From contig NC_042997.1 of NCBI RefSeq assembly GCF_006345805.1, positions 156,364,001 through 156,428,000 of the forward strand: 64,000 nt of DNA. The letters run 5' to 3'. Under the pieces are notes generated by a model. That model made no database searches. It was not told the DNA's origin and was given only the letters and a program-made list of their open reading frames with translations. The position numbers and the translations under genes are program-made. Within the stretch, counting starts at the first letter, position 1, and each line of letters starts with the position of its first letter. Of the stretch, positions 1 to 12,544 are shown piece by piece. The stretch is from Octopus sinensis. Its lineage: Eukaryota.

Positions 1-150
1 AGATGATAAAACTAAGAAAAATGAGATTTCTTATGTATTTTTGAGGTGATTCTTCAGATTCTAAATATTTTAGTGTGCCAGAAGGTTAGAGTAAGATAAG
101 GTTAAGCAATTAATACTATCTTTATTCTACCAGTATTTGACTGGTTTGTA

Positions 151-366
151 CAGGGGGGTGCTAAAAAGTTCCTGACTTTGAGTAAAAAGAAATACAGGGG
201 GATCAGTTAATTATGATTTTGTTCAACATATTTCCTTCTCAGATTCACATACTTATTGCAGCGGTCCTTCAGTTTTTTAAAGTTCTGTAAAAGAACTTGG
301 AAGGTTGGGCCTTCAACTAGGCCTTTCATGATACCCTTAAAGCCAGGAACTTTTCAGTACCCCTTG
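151..366. mobile_element. Tc1/mariner-type MITE (216 bp)
   Basis: Imperfect TIRs CAGGGGGGTGCTAAAAAGTTCCTGACTTT / AAAGCCAGGAACTTTTCAGTACCCCTTG, flanked by TA at 149-150 and 367-368; partial second copy near 29688-29823. Confidence 0.8.
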
Positions 367-924
367 TACTGTAATGGGCTAAATAAAGCTGATCATTTTA
401 ATCTTTCTTGTTGTTTAATTCTAAGTTGGTGTTGATCAAGTAGACTAGGCCTATGATCAAAGCATTCCAAGTATGACCAATCACATTATTCAAGGTGTCC
501 TTTTTTTTTTAGGACATTAGGGTGTAATTTGAGGGATATTTAACAGGTATTTTAAGCAGGTCAAGTGATGAGTTGTTTTTGATGCGAAAACAGAACAGAA
601 CTTGACTACCATGGCTCAGTACTATGATTGCTACTAATGTACATTTTAAAGAAAAATCAACACTAATGTTTTTGCCTTGAAATCTTATTTTGGCTACATA
701 TAAAATAAAATAAACTCTTACTTTTATAAGATACAGAAAAAATTTATTCTCAAACGCATGATAATGCTAATACAATAAATAGCATGAACAGGATAAACTA
801 TCCATTATATTACAGAAAAATTTGTTACCGGCCAACCATGAGACTTGAACTCACATCCCTGTGATTACATGTCAAGTACTTTGAAAGATTCTAGATGTGA
901 AATCATATGTTGAAACTGATATTC

Positions 925-1085
925 TTATAATTGGGGATGGTCATATTTTACCAATTAAAAACATACTCTATAGTTTTGGTCTATACTTCAGCTTTATTAT
1001 TATTACTATTATGTTTCTTTGTCAAAGCTCTTTCATCACACATCCTGTGACCTCTTCTGTAACTTTTCATTCCATGTGTCTCCCA
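925..1085. repeat. Interspersed repeat family E (GGGGATGGTCATATTT...(ATT)n...CACATCCTGTGACC)
   Basis: Homologous segments at about 22562-22890 and 44008-44365. Confidence 0.6.
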
Positions 1086-1495
1086 CAAGATGAGACACAT
1101 GAAATACAGAGTTACTGAAGAGTCAATGTGTTTGACTCTTCATGTCCCAGACTCACCACTTATTCCAGTCCTTCCTCCTCTAAGTGTCAAACTTCTAGAT
1201 TTCCTTTCATATGCATGTTTCCCGAAAATATGAATTGTTCTATTGTTATCACAGCAGCGATCATGGATGCTGTCCTTTTCTCTCGGTTAAGCCATCATGC
1301 ACCATGTTTCATGCATCATGTTTCAATTATGACATGATAAAGCATGATTGCATATTTCAGTACTGAGTTTGGCCCTCAACTAGGCAAATTCACTGTACAT
1401 CTTAAGCATTTGAGTTTTATGTCCTTTGACTGACTTCCTATGTGCAATAGGTATAGATTCACTTGACCAAGGACTAAATAACAATAACAATCTTA

Positions 1496-1803
1496 TCTTT
1501 TGCTTGTTTCAGTCACTGGATTGTGGACATGTTGGGGCACTATTGTATCAAACTTTTTTGCCAAACCACTAAGTTACAGGGATATAAACAAACCAACACT
1601 GATTGTCAAGCACTGAGAAGAACAAAACACATACACATATGGCAGGCTTCCACACAGTTTCCATCTATCAAATTAACTCACAAGATATTGGTCAGCCTAG
1701 GGGTATAGTTGAAGACAGATATCCAAGATGCTGTGCAGTGGGACTGAACCTGAAACAATGTGGTTGCAATGCAAGCTTCTTAACCACATACCCATCCTGC
1801 ACC
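1496..1803 (-). mobile_element. Degenerate tRNA-derived SINE, family A
   Basis: Colinear with the better-preserved copies at 5676-6120 and 6597-7008. Confidence 0.7.
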
Positions 1804-2466
1804 AATGGCAACAACAATAAAAAATTATTGGCTCCAATAATCAACAAGTTTGTTATATATCATTTTTTTCTTTTTGAAATTCTATTTATTGCTTTAAATA
1901 GTCACTTCTAACATTAGTATACATCCATAAATTTGGAGCAGAATGTTGAGTCGATTAACTTGGCACCAAACTTTACTGCCACTTATCTATCAACCCCAGA
2001 AGTAAGATGAAAAAAATGTCTATGTTGACAGGGTTTGAATTCAGAAGAGAGAAAAAATATCATTGAATTGTGCCAGGTATTTAATCCTTCACTCTGCTGC
2101 TCATTGACCCTTACACTTTATTTTAACAATTGAAATTTGTGATGCAGTTGGAGAAATTATTTTCATGAAGCATGAAGTCTAAATGAGAACAAAAAATTTT
2201 GATATCAATTTTATCTATTCAGCAATAAATATTCTATTTCCTCTGTCATGCCTTCTACGTCCTTCATCTCTTAGTCTCTCTTTTTCTTCATCTTTGTTTT
2301 GCCTGTGGAAATTTTCGTATTTTATTCTGATAGTCTGCTGTCTGTCTGCCAGGTTTGAAATAAAATTTAATCTTTTGCAAAAAATTTTATCAAAATTTCA
2401 AAACAATGACAAATAGATTATATGTGAGTGTTTATGCATAAGTGCATACACACAAATGCATGTAAT

Positions 2467-2491
2467 TATATATATATATATATATATATAT

Positions 2492-2545
<54 letters not shown>
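2467..2545. repeat. (TA)n microsatellite
   Basis: Direct reading. Confidence 0.95.
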
Positions 2546-2549
<4 letters not shown>

Positions 2550-2874
2550 TAGTATTATAGATGTTTGATTTGGTTATAAGGCACAAAAAGAAAATGACTC
2601 TCCCCCAGACACAACAGTATATATATATGTATATATAGTTGGAATTTACAAAAACAAAACAAAACAGAAGATGAAGATGGGTGTGTAAATATGTGTATAT
2701 GTATATATATATATGTGTGTATATATATATATAATACACACACACACACACACACATATATACATATATACATATATACATATATGTGTTTGTGTGTGTG
2801 TGCATGTACCTGTGTGCCTATGTATATGTATACAGAAGAACATAGACATGTCAATATATACATATATACATATA

Positions 2875-3800
2875 TAATATCATCATCATCATCATCATCA
2901 TCATTTAGCGTCCGTTTTCCATGCTAGCATGGGTTGGACGGTTCAACTGGGGTCTGGGGAGCCCGAAGGCTGCACCAGGCCAGTCAGATCTGGCAGTGTT
3001 TCTACAGCTGGATGCCCTTCCTAACGCCAACCACTCCGAGAGTGTAGTGGGTGATTTTATGTGCCACCGACACAGGTGCCAGACGAGGCTGGCGAACGGC
3101 CACGCTCGGATGGTGTTTTTATGTGCCACCGACACAGGTGCCAGACGAGGCTGGCAGACGGCCACGCTCGGATGGTGTTTTTATGTGCCACCGACACAGG
3201 TGCCAGACGAGGCTGGCGGACGGCCACGATCGGATGGTGTTTGTTACGTCCCCAAAGCACGGAGGCCAGTCTATGCGGTACTGGCTACGGCCACGTTCGG
3301 ATGATTTTCTTGTGTGCCACCGGCACTGGTACCACAAAGATACAAATTCCATTTATGTTCATCTATTTTGATTTGTTTTGATTTGATTTGATTTTTTTTT
3401 TTTTGATTTTCACTTGCCTCAACAGGTCTTCACAAGTGTCACAAGAAGGAAGGTATGCACAGGTGGACTGACTACGTCCCAGGTAGGGGCCACGGGTTAT
3501 GGCCTGACTAGTCTTGCCGGGTCTTCGGATGGTGTTTTTATGTGCCACCGACACAGGTGCCAGATGAGGCTGGCGAACGGCCACGATCGGATGGTGTTTG
3601 TTGCGTGCCCACAGCACGGAGGCCAGTCGATGCGGTACTGGCTACTGCCACGTTCGGATGGTTTTCTTGTGTGCCACCGGCACTGGTACCACAACGATAC
3701 AAATTCCATTGATGTTCATCTATTTTGATTTGATTTGATTTGATTTGATTTGATTTTCACTTGCCTCAACAGGTCTTCACAAGTGTCACAAGAAGGAAGG
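2875..3800 (-). mobile_element. Family C retroposon (SINE or LINE 3' end, (ATG)n tail) with internal 62-bp tandem repeats and an about 280-bp duplication
   Basis: Reverse complement of GGAAGGGCATCCAGCTGTAGAAAC...GGACGCTAAATGATGATG; 62-bp units start at 3061, 3123 and 3185; 3170-3453 is repeated at 3526-3800. Confidence 0.8.
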
Positions 3801-4373
3801 AATATACACACACACACATACACCTTATATTATCATCCTTGTCATTGTTCTACATCTGTCTTCCATGCTGGTATGGCTTGGATGGGTTGTCCAGAACTGA
3901 GTTCTTATTCAGAATTACTTCCCAATTAGATGCCTTCTTCATGTCAACTTCTTTACAAAGTGTATTGGATGAAGTTTATCATGGCACCAGCACTAGAGAG
4001 GTTCTCAGAACTTCGACACAGTATGACTAACAGTTCCTCTTGATCTCATGTTGTCTCTGCTTATTTGTTAGCCACTTTACTGAGTGTAATGGCTTTGTTT
4101 ATTTTATAGCACTGCCACTTGCGAAGTTACCTAGAACTCTGCAAGAGACAAAAGAATCACTGCAATATTGTGTTTTTCCTAATCATTCAGGACATCATGA
4201 CCAACACAATGGATACTTTTTTATTGGAGGCAATCAATGGGTTGCAGACATTACAAGGCAGTTATCAAGGTTTTGTATGGAAAGGAACACTGAAGTCTGT
4301 TGAGATTTCAATAAAATACAATTTATTCTTTTCATACACAAGAAATGATAGTTGTCGATAATATTCTTTTATT

Positions 4374-4842
4374 CTTTTTGTTTACTTGTTTCTGTCATTT
4401 GACTGCAGCCATCCTAGAGCACCGCCTTTAGTCGAACAAGTCTACCCAAGGACTTATTCTTTGTAAGCCTAATACTTATTCTGTTGGTCTCTTTTGATGA
4501 ACCGTTAAGTTATGAGGACATAAACACACCAACATCGGTTATCAAAGCGATGGAGGAGAGACAAACAGACACACACACATGCATACACACACATATGCAT
4601 GCACACACACACACAAATATATATAAATATATATATATAATTATAATAAGGGCATTAGAAAGAAATTTTCTAGCCTATATGCTGAGCAATAGATGCTAAA
4701 TCATTCTATCACTAAAGAAGTCACAAACACATGTTGAATTCGACGCAACAAGCCAACGGAAATTATTAATAAAATAGAGATCCCTGGATTAGCTAATTTC
4801 TGGATCTGCCCCCATGGCTTTTCCTTCATCAGCAGGACATAT

Positions 4843-4918
<76 letters not shown>

Positions 4919-5112
4919 CATACATACATACATACATACATACATACATACATACATTCATATGATGAGCTTTTTTCAGTTGCCATCTATCAAATCCACT
5001 CACAAGGCTATAGCTGAATACACTTACCCAAGGTCCCACGCAATGAGTCTGAACCTGGAAACATGTGGTTGGGAAGCAAGCTTCACACCACACAGCCTCT
5101 CCTGTGCCTATA
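4374..5112 (-). mobile_element. Family A SINE split at its microsatellite by a Penelope-like, ribozyme-bearing insert
   Basis: SINE 3' half at 4374-4600 and 5' half at 4960-5112; non-SINE sequence between them at about 4640-4840. Confidence 0.75.
4783..4836 (-). ncRNA. Minimal type-I hammerhead ribozyme motif (canonical core)
   Basis: Minus strand: CCUG-CUGAUGA-A-GGA(AAA)GCC AUGGG GGC(AGA)UCC-A-GAA-AUUAGCUAAU-C-CAGG; stem I CCUG/CAGG, palindromic helix III, AUC cleavage triplet. Confidence 0.75.
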
Positions 5113-5675
5113 ATGACAAAACATCAAGAGAGTTTATGTTCTTGGTGTGGTTGTAGTAACAGAATAAATGTGGTTATTTGCATGCTGTCAAGTGACTTCT
5201 AATGTCAATCATCATCTAACTGTTCATTGCTTTTGTGTTGTCAGCTGTTGTCTGCTGTCTCTGTTGGTCAATCCTTACAGTATTTGTCAATACTTTCTCT
5301 GCTGCATTCCAAAGCTCTCTGTCTACTGTTCACAATGTACAGAATTTAAACTGGTCAATAGGCTCAGAAGGAAGCACACCAAAAGAAAAAAGACATTGCT
5401 GAAGCCTATTCGACATGATGCTATGATTGGTGAGATTTTGTTGATTATGTGGGCAATATTCTAGTGAATTATGATATTGGACAACTGCTGAATATTCCTA
5501 CTACAGGTTCTTAGTTCATCATAGTTCCTGTACCTATTTCACACTGGTACTTACTTTAGTGTTTTCTGTTTATTGTACCAACAAAAACACTAACAAGGTA
5601 GCTCCTATGTGGTCACTTGATTTGCTAGAAATAGGAGATAAATCTCCCCCTGCCTCTCTTTAACTCTTTTTTTAC

Positions 5676-5904
5676 CCTTTTTAACTTGTTTCAGTCATTT
5701 GACTGTGGCCATGCTGGAGCACCACCATTAGTCGAGCAACTCGACCCCAGGACTTATTCTTTGTAAGCCTAGTACTTATTCTAGCAGTCTCTTTTGCCGA
5801 ACCGCTAAGTTACAGGGACGTAAACACAATAACATCGGTTGTCAAACGATGCTGGGGGGGACAAACACAGGCATACAAACACACACATACATATACATAT
5901 ATAT

Positions 5905-5956
<52 letters not shown>

Positions 5957-6120
5957 TACGATGGGCTTCTTTCAGTTTCCATCTACCAAATCCACTCACA
6001 AGGCTTTGGTCGGCCTGAGGCTATAGTAGAAGACACTTGCCCAAGGTGCCACGCAGTGGGACTGAACCTGGAACCATGTGGTTTGTAAGCAAGCTACTTA
6101 CCACACAGCCACTCCTACAC
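5676..6120 (-). mobile_element. tRNA-derived CORE-like SINE, family A (well preserved)
   Basis: Reverse complement has a tRNA-like head (GGAGTGGCTGTGTGGTAAG, GGTTCCAGGTTCAGTCCC), the GCACCTTGGGCAAGTG CORE-like motif and an internal (TA)n/(CA)n tract. Confidence 0.85.
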
Positions 6121-6139
6121 CTCCTCTAACCATTTTTAT

Positions 6140-6490
6140 TTTTTTAAAAAAGGTAAGATAAAGTGGATGATATGGTTCTAGATAGAGTATGTCTGGGAAA
6201 AAACATCAGGATCACATTGCTGGAAGACTTTTGATAAATCTACTCAGTCAGGATTGACCTGGGCCTAAGCAGCTACAACAAATAGCTAAATCTTCAAATC
6301 ACACTCTGTCATATTTAAAAAGGAAGAACCCATGGGACAATGTAGTTCCAAATATATTGTGTGGAAGTCCTAAACACCTTAAAATCACACTCTCCTGCAT
6401 ATTACTTTTTGCTTTCTTTAAAAAGGACATACTGGATAATGTAGTCCAAGTCTGAAAGACTAGAGCACTCTTTGATTATAACAAAACTAA
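6140..6490. repeat. Cluster of family D repeat fragments (AAATCACACTCT...GGATAATGTAGTCC)
   Basis: Similar to the fuller copy at 48830-49060. Confidence 0.55.
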
Positions 6491-6596
6491 ATTAATATAG
6501 CATCTATGAATTAATAACGTTCATGTAGTGACAGGTTTTCCATACTCTTTACTTGAATTTAAAAAAAAAAAATTTAAATAAAAAAGATATTTTATA

Positions 6597-7008
6597 TAGG
6601 CGCAGGAGTGGCTGTGTGGTAAGTAGCTTGCTAACCAACCACATGGTTCCGGGTTCAGTCCCACTGCGTGGCATCTTGGGCAAGTGTCTTCTGCTATAGC
6701 CCCGGGCCGAACAATGCCTTGTGAGTGGATTTGGTAGATGGAAACTGAAATAAGCCTGTCGTATATATGTATATATATATATGTGTGTGTGTGTGTGTCT
6801 GTGTTTGTCCCCCTAGCATTGCTTGATAACCGATGCTGGTGTGTTTACGTCCCCGTCACTTAGCGGTTCGGCAAAAGAGACCGATAGAATAAGCACTGGG
6901 CTTACAAAGGATAAGTCCTAGGGTCGATTTGCTCGACTAAAGGCGGTGCCCCAGCATGGCCGCAGTCAAATGACTGAAACAAGTGAAAGAGTAAAAGAGA
7001 GTAAGAGT
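6597..7008 (+). mobile_element. tRNA-derived CORE-like SINE, family A (well preserved)
   Basis: GCAGGAGTGGCTGTGTGGTAAG A-box-like head, GGTTCCGGGTTCAGTCCC B-box-like motif, GCATCTTGGGCAAGTG, internal microsatellite. Confidence 0.85.
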
Positions 7009-7284
7009 ATAACCAACGAAGTTTAGTATTGACCACTACAGAAGAGAAATAATTTTTTTTAACTATCAACGCGAAAAAGAAAGCAAAATGCTAACCAAAA
7101 TAGATTTTGGAAAAAAACTTGTTTCTCTATAATATGAAAGTGATGTGTTGTGTAACTGAAAAAATATAATAAATAAAAGCTGAGTCATTTAACAGACTTC
7201 CACCTAAATACATCTGGCATACACCAAGCGATAACAACCAATACCAATATGGCAGTACTCGCAAAAAACAGAGGCTATATGTAA

Positions 7285-7304
7285 GTATATATACATATAT
7301 ATAT

Positions 7305-7401
<97 letters not shown>

Positions 7402-7422
7402 ATGTATGTATGTATGTATATG

Positions 7423-7500
<78 letters not shown>
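7285..7500. repeat. (TA)n/(TGTA)n microsatellite
   Basis: Direct reading. Confidence 0.95.
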
Positions 7501-7501
<1 letters not shown>

Positions 7502-7716
7502 GCTTCTAGTTTTTTATTGTTAGAAAGTCAGTTACAGATAAGATAGTGACAGGCTGTACAAACTTTGGTGTATTTACCACATTTCTGCAAATATTAACTA
7601 CTGATAAATGGAGTTCAATACTTAAATCAAATATTATATAGTTGTCAATCATTGTTTCCAGATTTCAGATATTGATTTTTATTCATAACTAATGCAACTT
7701 ATTCTCCTGTACGTTA

Positions 7717-7775
7717 ATTATTATTATTATTATTATTATTATAATTATTATTATTATTATTATTATTATTACTAC

Positions 7776-7832
<57 letters not shown>

Positions 7833-7872
7833 CATTATTATCATTATTATCATTATTATTATTATTATTATT
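7717..7872. repeat. (ATT)n microsatellite
   Basis: Direct reading; source of the poly-Tyr ORF. Confidence 0.95.
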
Positions 7873-8414
7873 TTCTTTCTTTCAGTATTTGCATTAGTTG
7901 GTACTTAGAGAGATAGGGGGAGGGCAGTGTGTGTATGAGTGCATGTGTTTTTCTTCTTCCAGTCTGTTTAAATATTTTCCTTAAATTGCAAAGTCTTCAA
8001 TACATTTTCTCTTTATTTTGTTTTTTTTTGCTTTCAGTTGAGAAGAATTTCTGTGAAGCTACATAAACATTCAAGAGACAGTAAACAATAAATTTGCTAC
8101 ACACTCTTTAATGATGATGATGGTGGTGGTGGTGGTGGTGGTGGTAGTGGAATAGGGGTGTCTGGTGAAAAGAGTTTAAAACTAAAAACTTGACAAATTA
8201 GAGACAGTTTCAGTTGCACTTGAAAGCAACCATCAGTATTAACAACTGTGAAGTATTCAGTATTTTAACACTACCTCTAACATTGAATGCACAATAGTTA
8301 GCAGACATATGTAAGTCAAATCCGGACCAAATTATTTATTCAATGGAAATGGGGCAATACCAGGGCTGTCTTAGCAACAGTAGAAATAACCAGGCAAATC
8401 AATGCACAGAACCC

Positions 8415-8451
<37 letters not shown>

Positions 8452-8800
8452 TTAATGTCTGTTGTCCATGCTGGCATGGGTTGGATGGTTTGACTAGGGC
8501 TGGTAAACTAAGGGGCTGCACCAGACTCCAGTTTCATTTGGCATGGTTTCTACAGCTGGATGCCCTTCCTAATGCCAATCACCCCAAAAGTGTAATGGGT
8601 GCTTTTATGTGCCGCTGACATGGGTACCAGTCTGTCATGACTATGATTTCAGCTGGCTTGATGGGTCTTCTATTCAAGTGTGGTATATTGTCATTTGTCA
8701 TTGCCTCCATGAGGCCCAATGCTTGAAAGGTGCTTTTTACATGTCACTTGCACAGGTGCTAGTTACACAGTACTGGCATCGGCCACATTTATTGACAGTA
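8415..8800 (-). mobile_element. Family C retroposon, degenerate
   Basis: (CAT)n tail then TTTAATGTCTG...CTACAGCTGGATGCCCTTCCTAATGCC. Confidence 0.75.
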
Positions 8801-8881
8801 ATCGACAGCATAAATACATCATAATTGGGCCCCTAGAAGCATGAGGCCTTTAGGCAACTGCCTAATGTACCCATGCCTTAA

Positions 8882-9093
8882 CCCTTTAGCATTTAAACCA
8901 TATCTGGCCCAAATATCTTAAATGTTTTATCTTCAAACTGGTCCAATCCAGGCTCTCATACCTACCCTGCAATGTCATTCTAAAGTCAATCATAACTTTG
9001 AAATCTCAAAGGTACAAGATAATACAGGATTAACTTTAAAGAATTTGACTAAATAAGCATTACATTTGACAAAGTAATTTGAATGCTAAAGAG
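8882..9093. mobile_element. piggyBac-like MITE
   Basis: TTAA-CCCTTTAGCATT...AATGCTAAAGAG-TCAA (TIR plus TTAA-type target); partial copies at about 14889-14930 and 32636-32828. Confidence 0.7.
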
Positions 9094-10371
9094 TCAAGAC
9101 AGTACTGGACAATACCATATAAGAAAAGCTCAATGTGGTTGTTCAACCTGCTTGAAATAGCAGCTAGATTCCTCTCAAGCTACACCTTAAAAAATTATGC
9201 CTTAGCCATCACTTGCAGGTGAGTATGAGCTGGTAGCTTGTGTTACTGCACTTTCACTAATTGCTTTAAGTGCCTATGTTGTCATGAGTGGACATAGACA
9301 CACTCTGTCAGTCTTTCCACCCATAAATCAGGGGAACATTAAGGATGTGACAGCTGGAGGGAGAGATAGAGATCTGCACTTGCAGTTGGCTGTTACTCAT
9401 TTTCAGCTGAATAGACTGGAATAAAGTGAAATAAAATGCCTTGCTTAAGGAAACAATGAGTTAGCTTGTCCAGGAAGTGAACCAAAGACCCTTTGATAAC
9501 AATCTCAACACCTTAACCATTAAGCCACATGATTAATGAAAGATGCATCAAGTAATGTAGTCAAGTAATGTAATCTTGGATAAATTGCTTGAAAATAAAA
9601 TGGGATTATCATAACTAGAATATTTTACTCATAGATATGCTTGATCAGTTCTGATATGGGGAATAACAATAACAAATATACATCAGTGTCTATAAAATGA
9701 TCAGATTTACAAACCTACTAATGATGGGGCTAAGATGCTGGTAAAATGAAAAGAAATTTGTAAAATATTAAAGTTCTTGAAGATAATTAAGATTTTCATT
9801 GATTAAGGTGTGTGTGTGTGTAAATAACCTGCAGACAAAGTCATTGGAAAATAGCCAAAAAAATGCCATTGATCTAAATTGTTGACCTTTGAATACCTAC
9901 CTAATTTAATATTATGATAATAAAAAAAAAAGACAGATTTTTTTCAATCTTATGCAGAAAATCTATGTAGGAAGAAAAAAATTTAAATATCTTAGCTGAA
10001 GGCAGAATGTTTTTGGGAATGTCAAAGCTGTAGTAAAACTCTGTTTACAATTAATTTTTATATGGTGACATTTTGGTTGCATATAAACCTTTCATGCTTA
10101 GACATTTTACTTTTTATTTAGATAGTGAAGAAAATTTAAAGTTTTCTACCAAGAGACATTTGGGTATACAGCATAGAGTGTGTGGGTAATACATTTGCTT
10201 TCAGATTGACACTTTGAGCAAGTGTGTTCTGCAATTGCTCTATTGCCTAATATTCACTATTGCCTTGTGAGTGAAATTTGATAGACAGAAACTATGTTGA
10301 AGCCTATTACACACACACACACACAACACACACACACACACACACGCACACACATATTTACATGTAGCTTA

Positions 10372-10603
10372 AGGCGGCGAGCTGGCAGAAACGTTAGCAC
10401 ACTGGGCGAAATGCGTAGCCGTATTTCGTCTGCCGTTACGTTCTGAGTTCAAATTCCGCCAAGGTTGACTTTGCCTTTCATCCTTTTGGTGTCGATAAAT
10501 TAAGTACCAGTTACACACTGGGCTCGATGTAATCGACTTAATCTGTTTGTCTGTCCTTGTTTGTCCCCTCTGTGTTTAGCCCCTTGTGGGTAGTAAAGAA
10601 ATA
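10372..10603 (+). mobile_element. tRNA-derived SINE, family B (full length)
   Basis: GGCGGCGAGCTGGCAGAA head, GTTCTGAGTTCAAATTCC B-box-like motif, TTTGCCTTTCATCCTTTT..GTCGATAAATTAAGTACC central motif, AAAGAAATA end. Confidence 0.85.
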
Positions 10604-10939
10604 TATATACATGTAGCTTATTTCTCTCTCTCTCTTTCTTTGTGTGAGTGTATGCATGCATGCATGTATGTATGACTAGTTTCAAAAAACCTGCAAGTCA
10701 CATGAAGAATTGAAGCAACACTTGAACATTCATAATAAATAAGCCGAAAATGGAGTCAATGCTCAAATGAGACATTGCTGCAATATATATGTGGTCAGCT
10801 CTTCGATTTCCTTTCAGGACTCAAAAGTCATTTAAGATCTTACGCTAGGAAAGAGGTATTATAGGTACAAGACGTCAAGCTATGCAAAGAGCAGACATCC
10901 ACCATGCATGCATGCATGCATACATACATAACCTGCTCC

Positions 10940-11322
10940 TTTCATTGGGCTGTGGCCATGCTGGAACACTGCCTTGAAGGGTTTAAGTCGAACAAACTGG
11001 TCCCAATATTTATTTTTCTTTTTAAAGACTGGTACTTATTTTATCAGTCTTCTGCTAAATTGCTAAGTTACAGTTACATAAACAAACCTACACCAGTTTT
11101 CAGGTGGTAGGAGGAGAGGCTGAACACACACTCACACACACACAATGATCTTCCATACAATTTTCTTCTATCAAATTCACTCACAAGGCATTGGTTGGCT
11201 GGGGTGGTGGGTGGCTATAGTAAGACTCACTATGTAGCCCATAGGTGCTACATAGTGAGATTGAACCTGAAACCACATGGTTGCAAAGTGAGCTTCTTAA
11301 CCACAGTCATGCCTGTACCTAT
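10940..11322 (-). mobile_element. Family A SINE, degenerate
   Basis: Colinear with family A. Confidence 0.7.
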
Positions 11323-12124
11323 AAAATGATGACCAGGAAATGAATCCACAACCTTATGATCCTGAGCTAACTCACAAACCACTAGGCCTTGTGTGCGTTT
11401 AGTTGAAAAAGGATTTTCTTAAATCACAAGTGATCTATTATACAAAAAAGATATTTTTATAAAAGCAGAAAGACACAGAACTGATGGAAGGAAGTTTTTG
11501 TGTAAGTGCTTTCACTGTTTTCAGCTTTTCAAACACTTGTGTTAATCAGCTTTTTTAAAAGATTTTTCACATAATTAATAATTTTTGGTTTAAAAATCTC
11601 TTTTTTCAAATATTGTGACCAAAATTTTTCTAAAATTTTTTTTTAAATATGTGCGTAAGCATATGTATGCATGTATATGTGTGTGAGTGTGCATTCCTTT
11701 TGCTTTGACGTGATTCTAAAAGAATCATTGTTAATACAAACAGCATCATTTGTTTACAATTTTTCTAAAAGCATATCCAGCCTGTTTGTAATTTGATAGA
11801 CTAGTGGAAAATTTACTTTGTTGTGAGTGTTGGTGACAAGAGGAGCATCCAGTCATAGAAAAATCTGCTTCATCAAAGTCTCCTCTGAATGGTATATTTA
11901 CATTTAAATTGATATACCCTGTAGTTGTTATAACCAACTGAATTATTTCCTTTTATGCCACTGTTCATTTTGCATTTTATATATTACAAGAAAAATGAAA
12001 ATAAGCACCAGACGAATACCAGGGAGTTGATATCCTCTGAAATCCCTTGAAGTTTGTGCTCCAGCATGACCACAATTCACTAATTGAAAACAGTAAAAGA
12101 AGAAAAAGGTAATGTTTCATATAC

Positions 12125-12544
12125 TCTTTTATTTGTTTCAGTCATTTGACTGTGGCCATGCTGGAGCACCACCTTTAGTCGAGCAAATCAACCCCAGGAC
12201 TTATTCTTTGTAAGCCTAGTACTTATTCTATCGGTCTCTTTTGCTGAACCGCAAAGTTGCAGGGACGTAAACACACCAGCATCAGTTGTCAAGCGATGTT
12301 GGGGTGACAAACACAGACACACAAACACACACACACACACACACACACCACACACACACACACACGCACACACATATATGATGAGCTTCTTTCAGTTTCC
12401 ATCTACCAAATCCACTCACAAGGTTTTGGTCGGCCCGAGGCTATAGTAGAAGACACTTTCCCAAGGTGCCAAGGTGCCACGCAGTGGGACTGAACCCGGA
12501 ACCATGTAGTTCGTAAGCAAGCTACTTTCCATACAGCCACTCCT
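12125..12544 (-). mobile_element. Family A SINE (well preserved)
   Basis: High similarity to 5676-6120 and 39606-39983. Confidence 0.85.

Noticed and set aside
3061-3246. CRISPR-like regularity of the 62-bp repeats (also the 26-bp array at 55395-55605)
   Set aside because: No unique spacers, no cas genes and eukaryotic context; these are retroposon-internal tandem repeats
7196-7280. Possible first coding exon ([16 protein letters not shown] donor)
   Set aside because: Poor acceptor, very short and no supporting homology; too weak to call
8038-8310. AG...GTAAGT-bounded segment
   Set aside because: Stop codons in all three frames; at most a non-coding exon, unsupported
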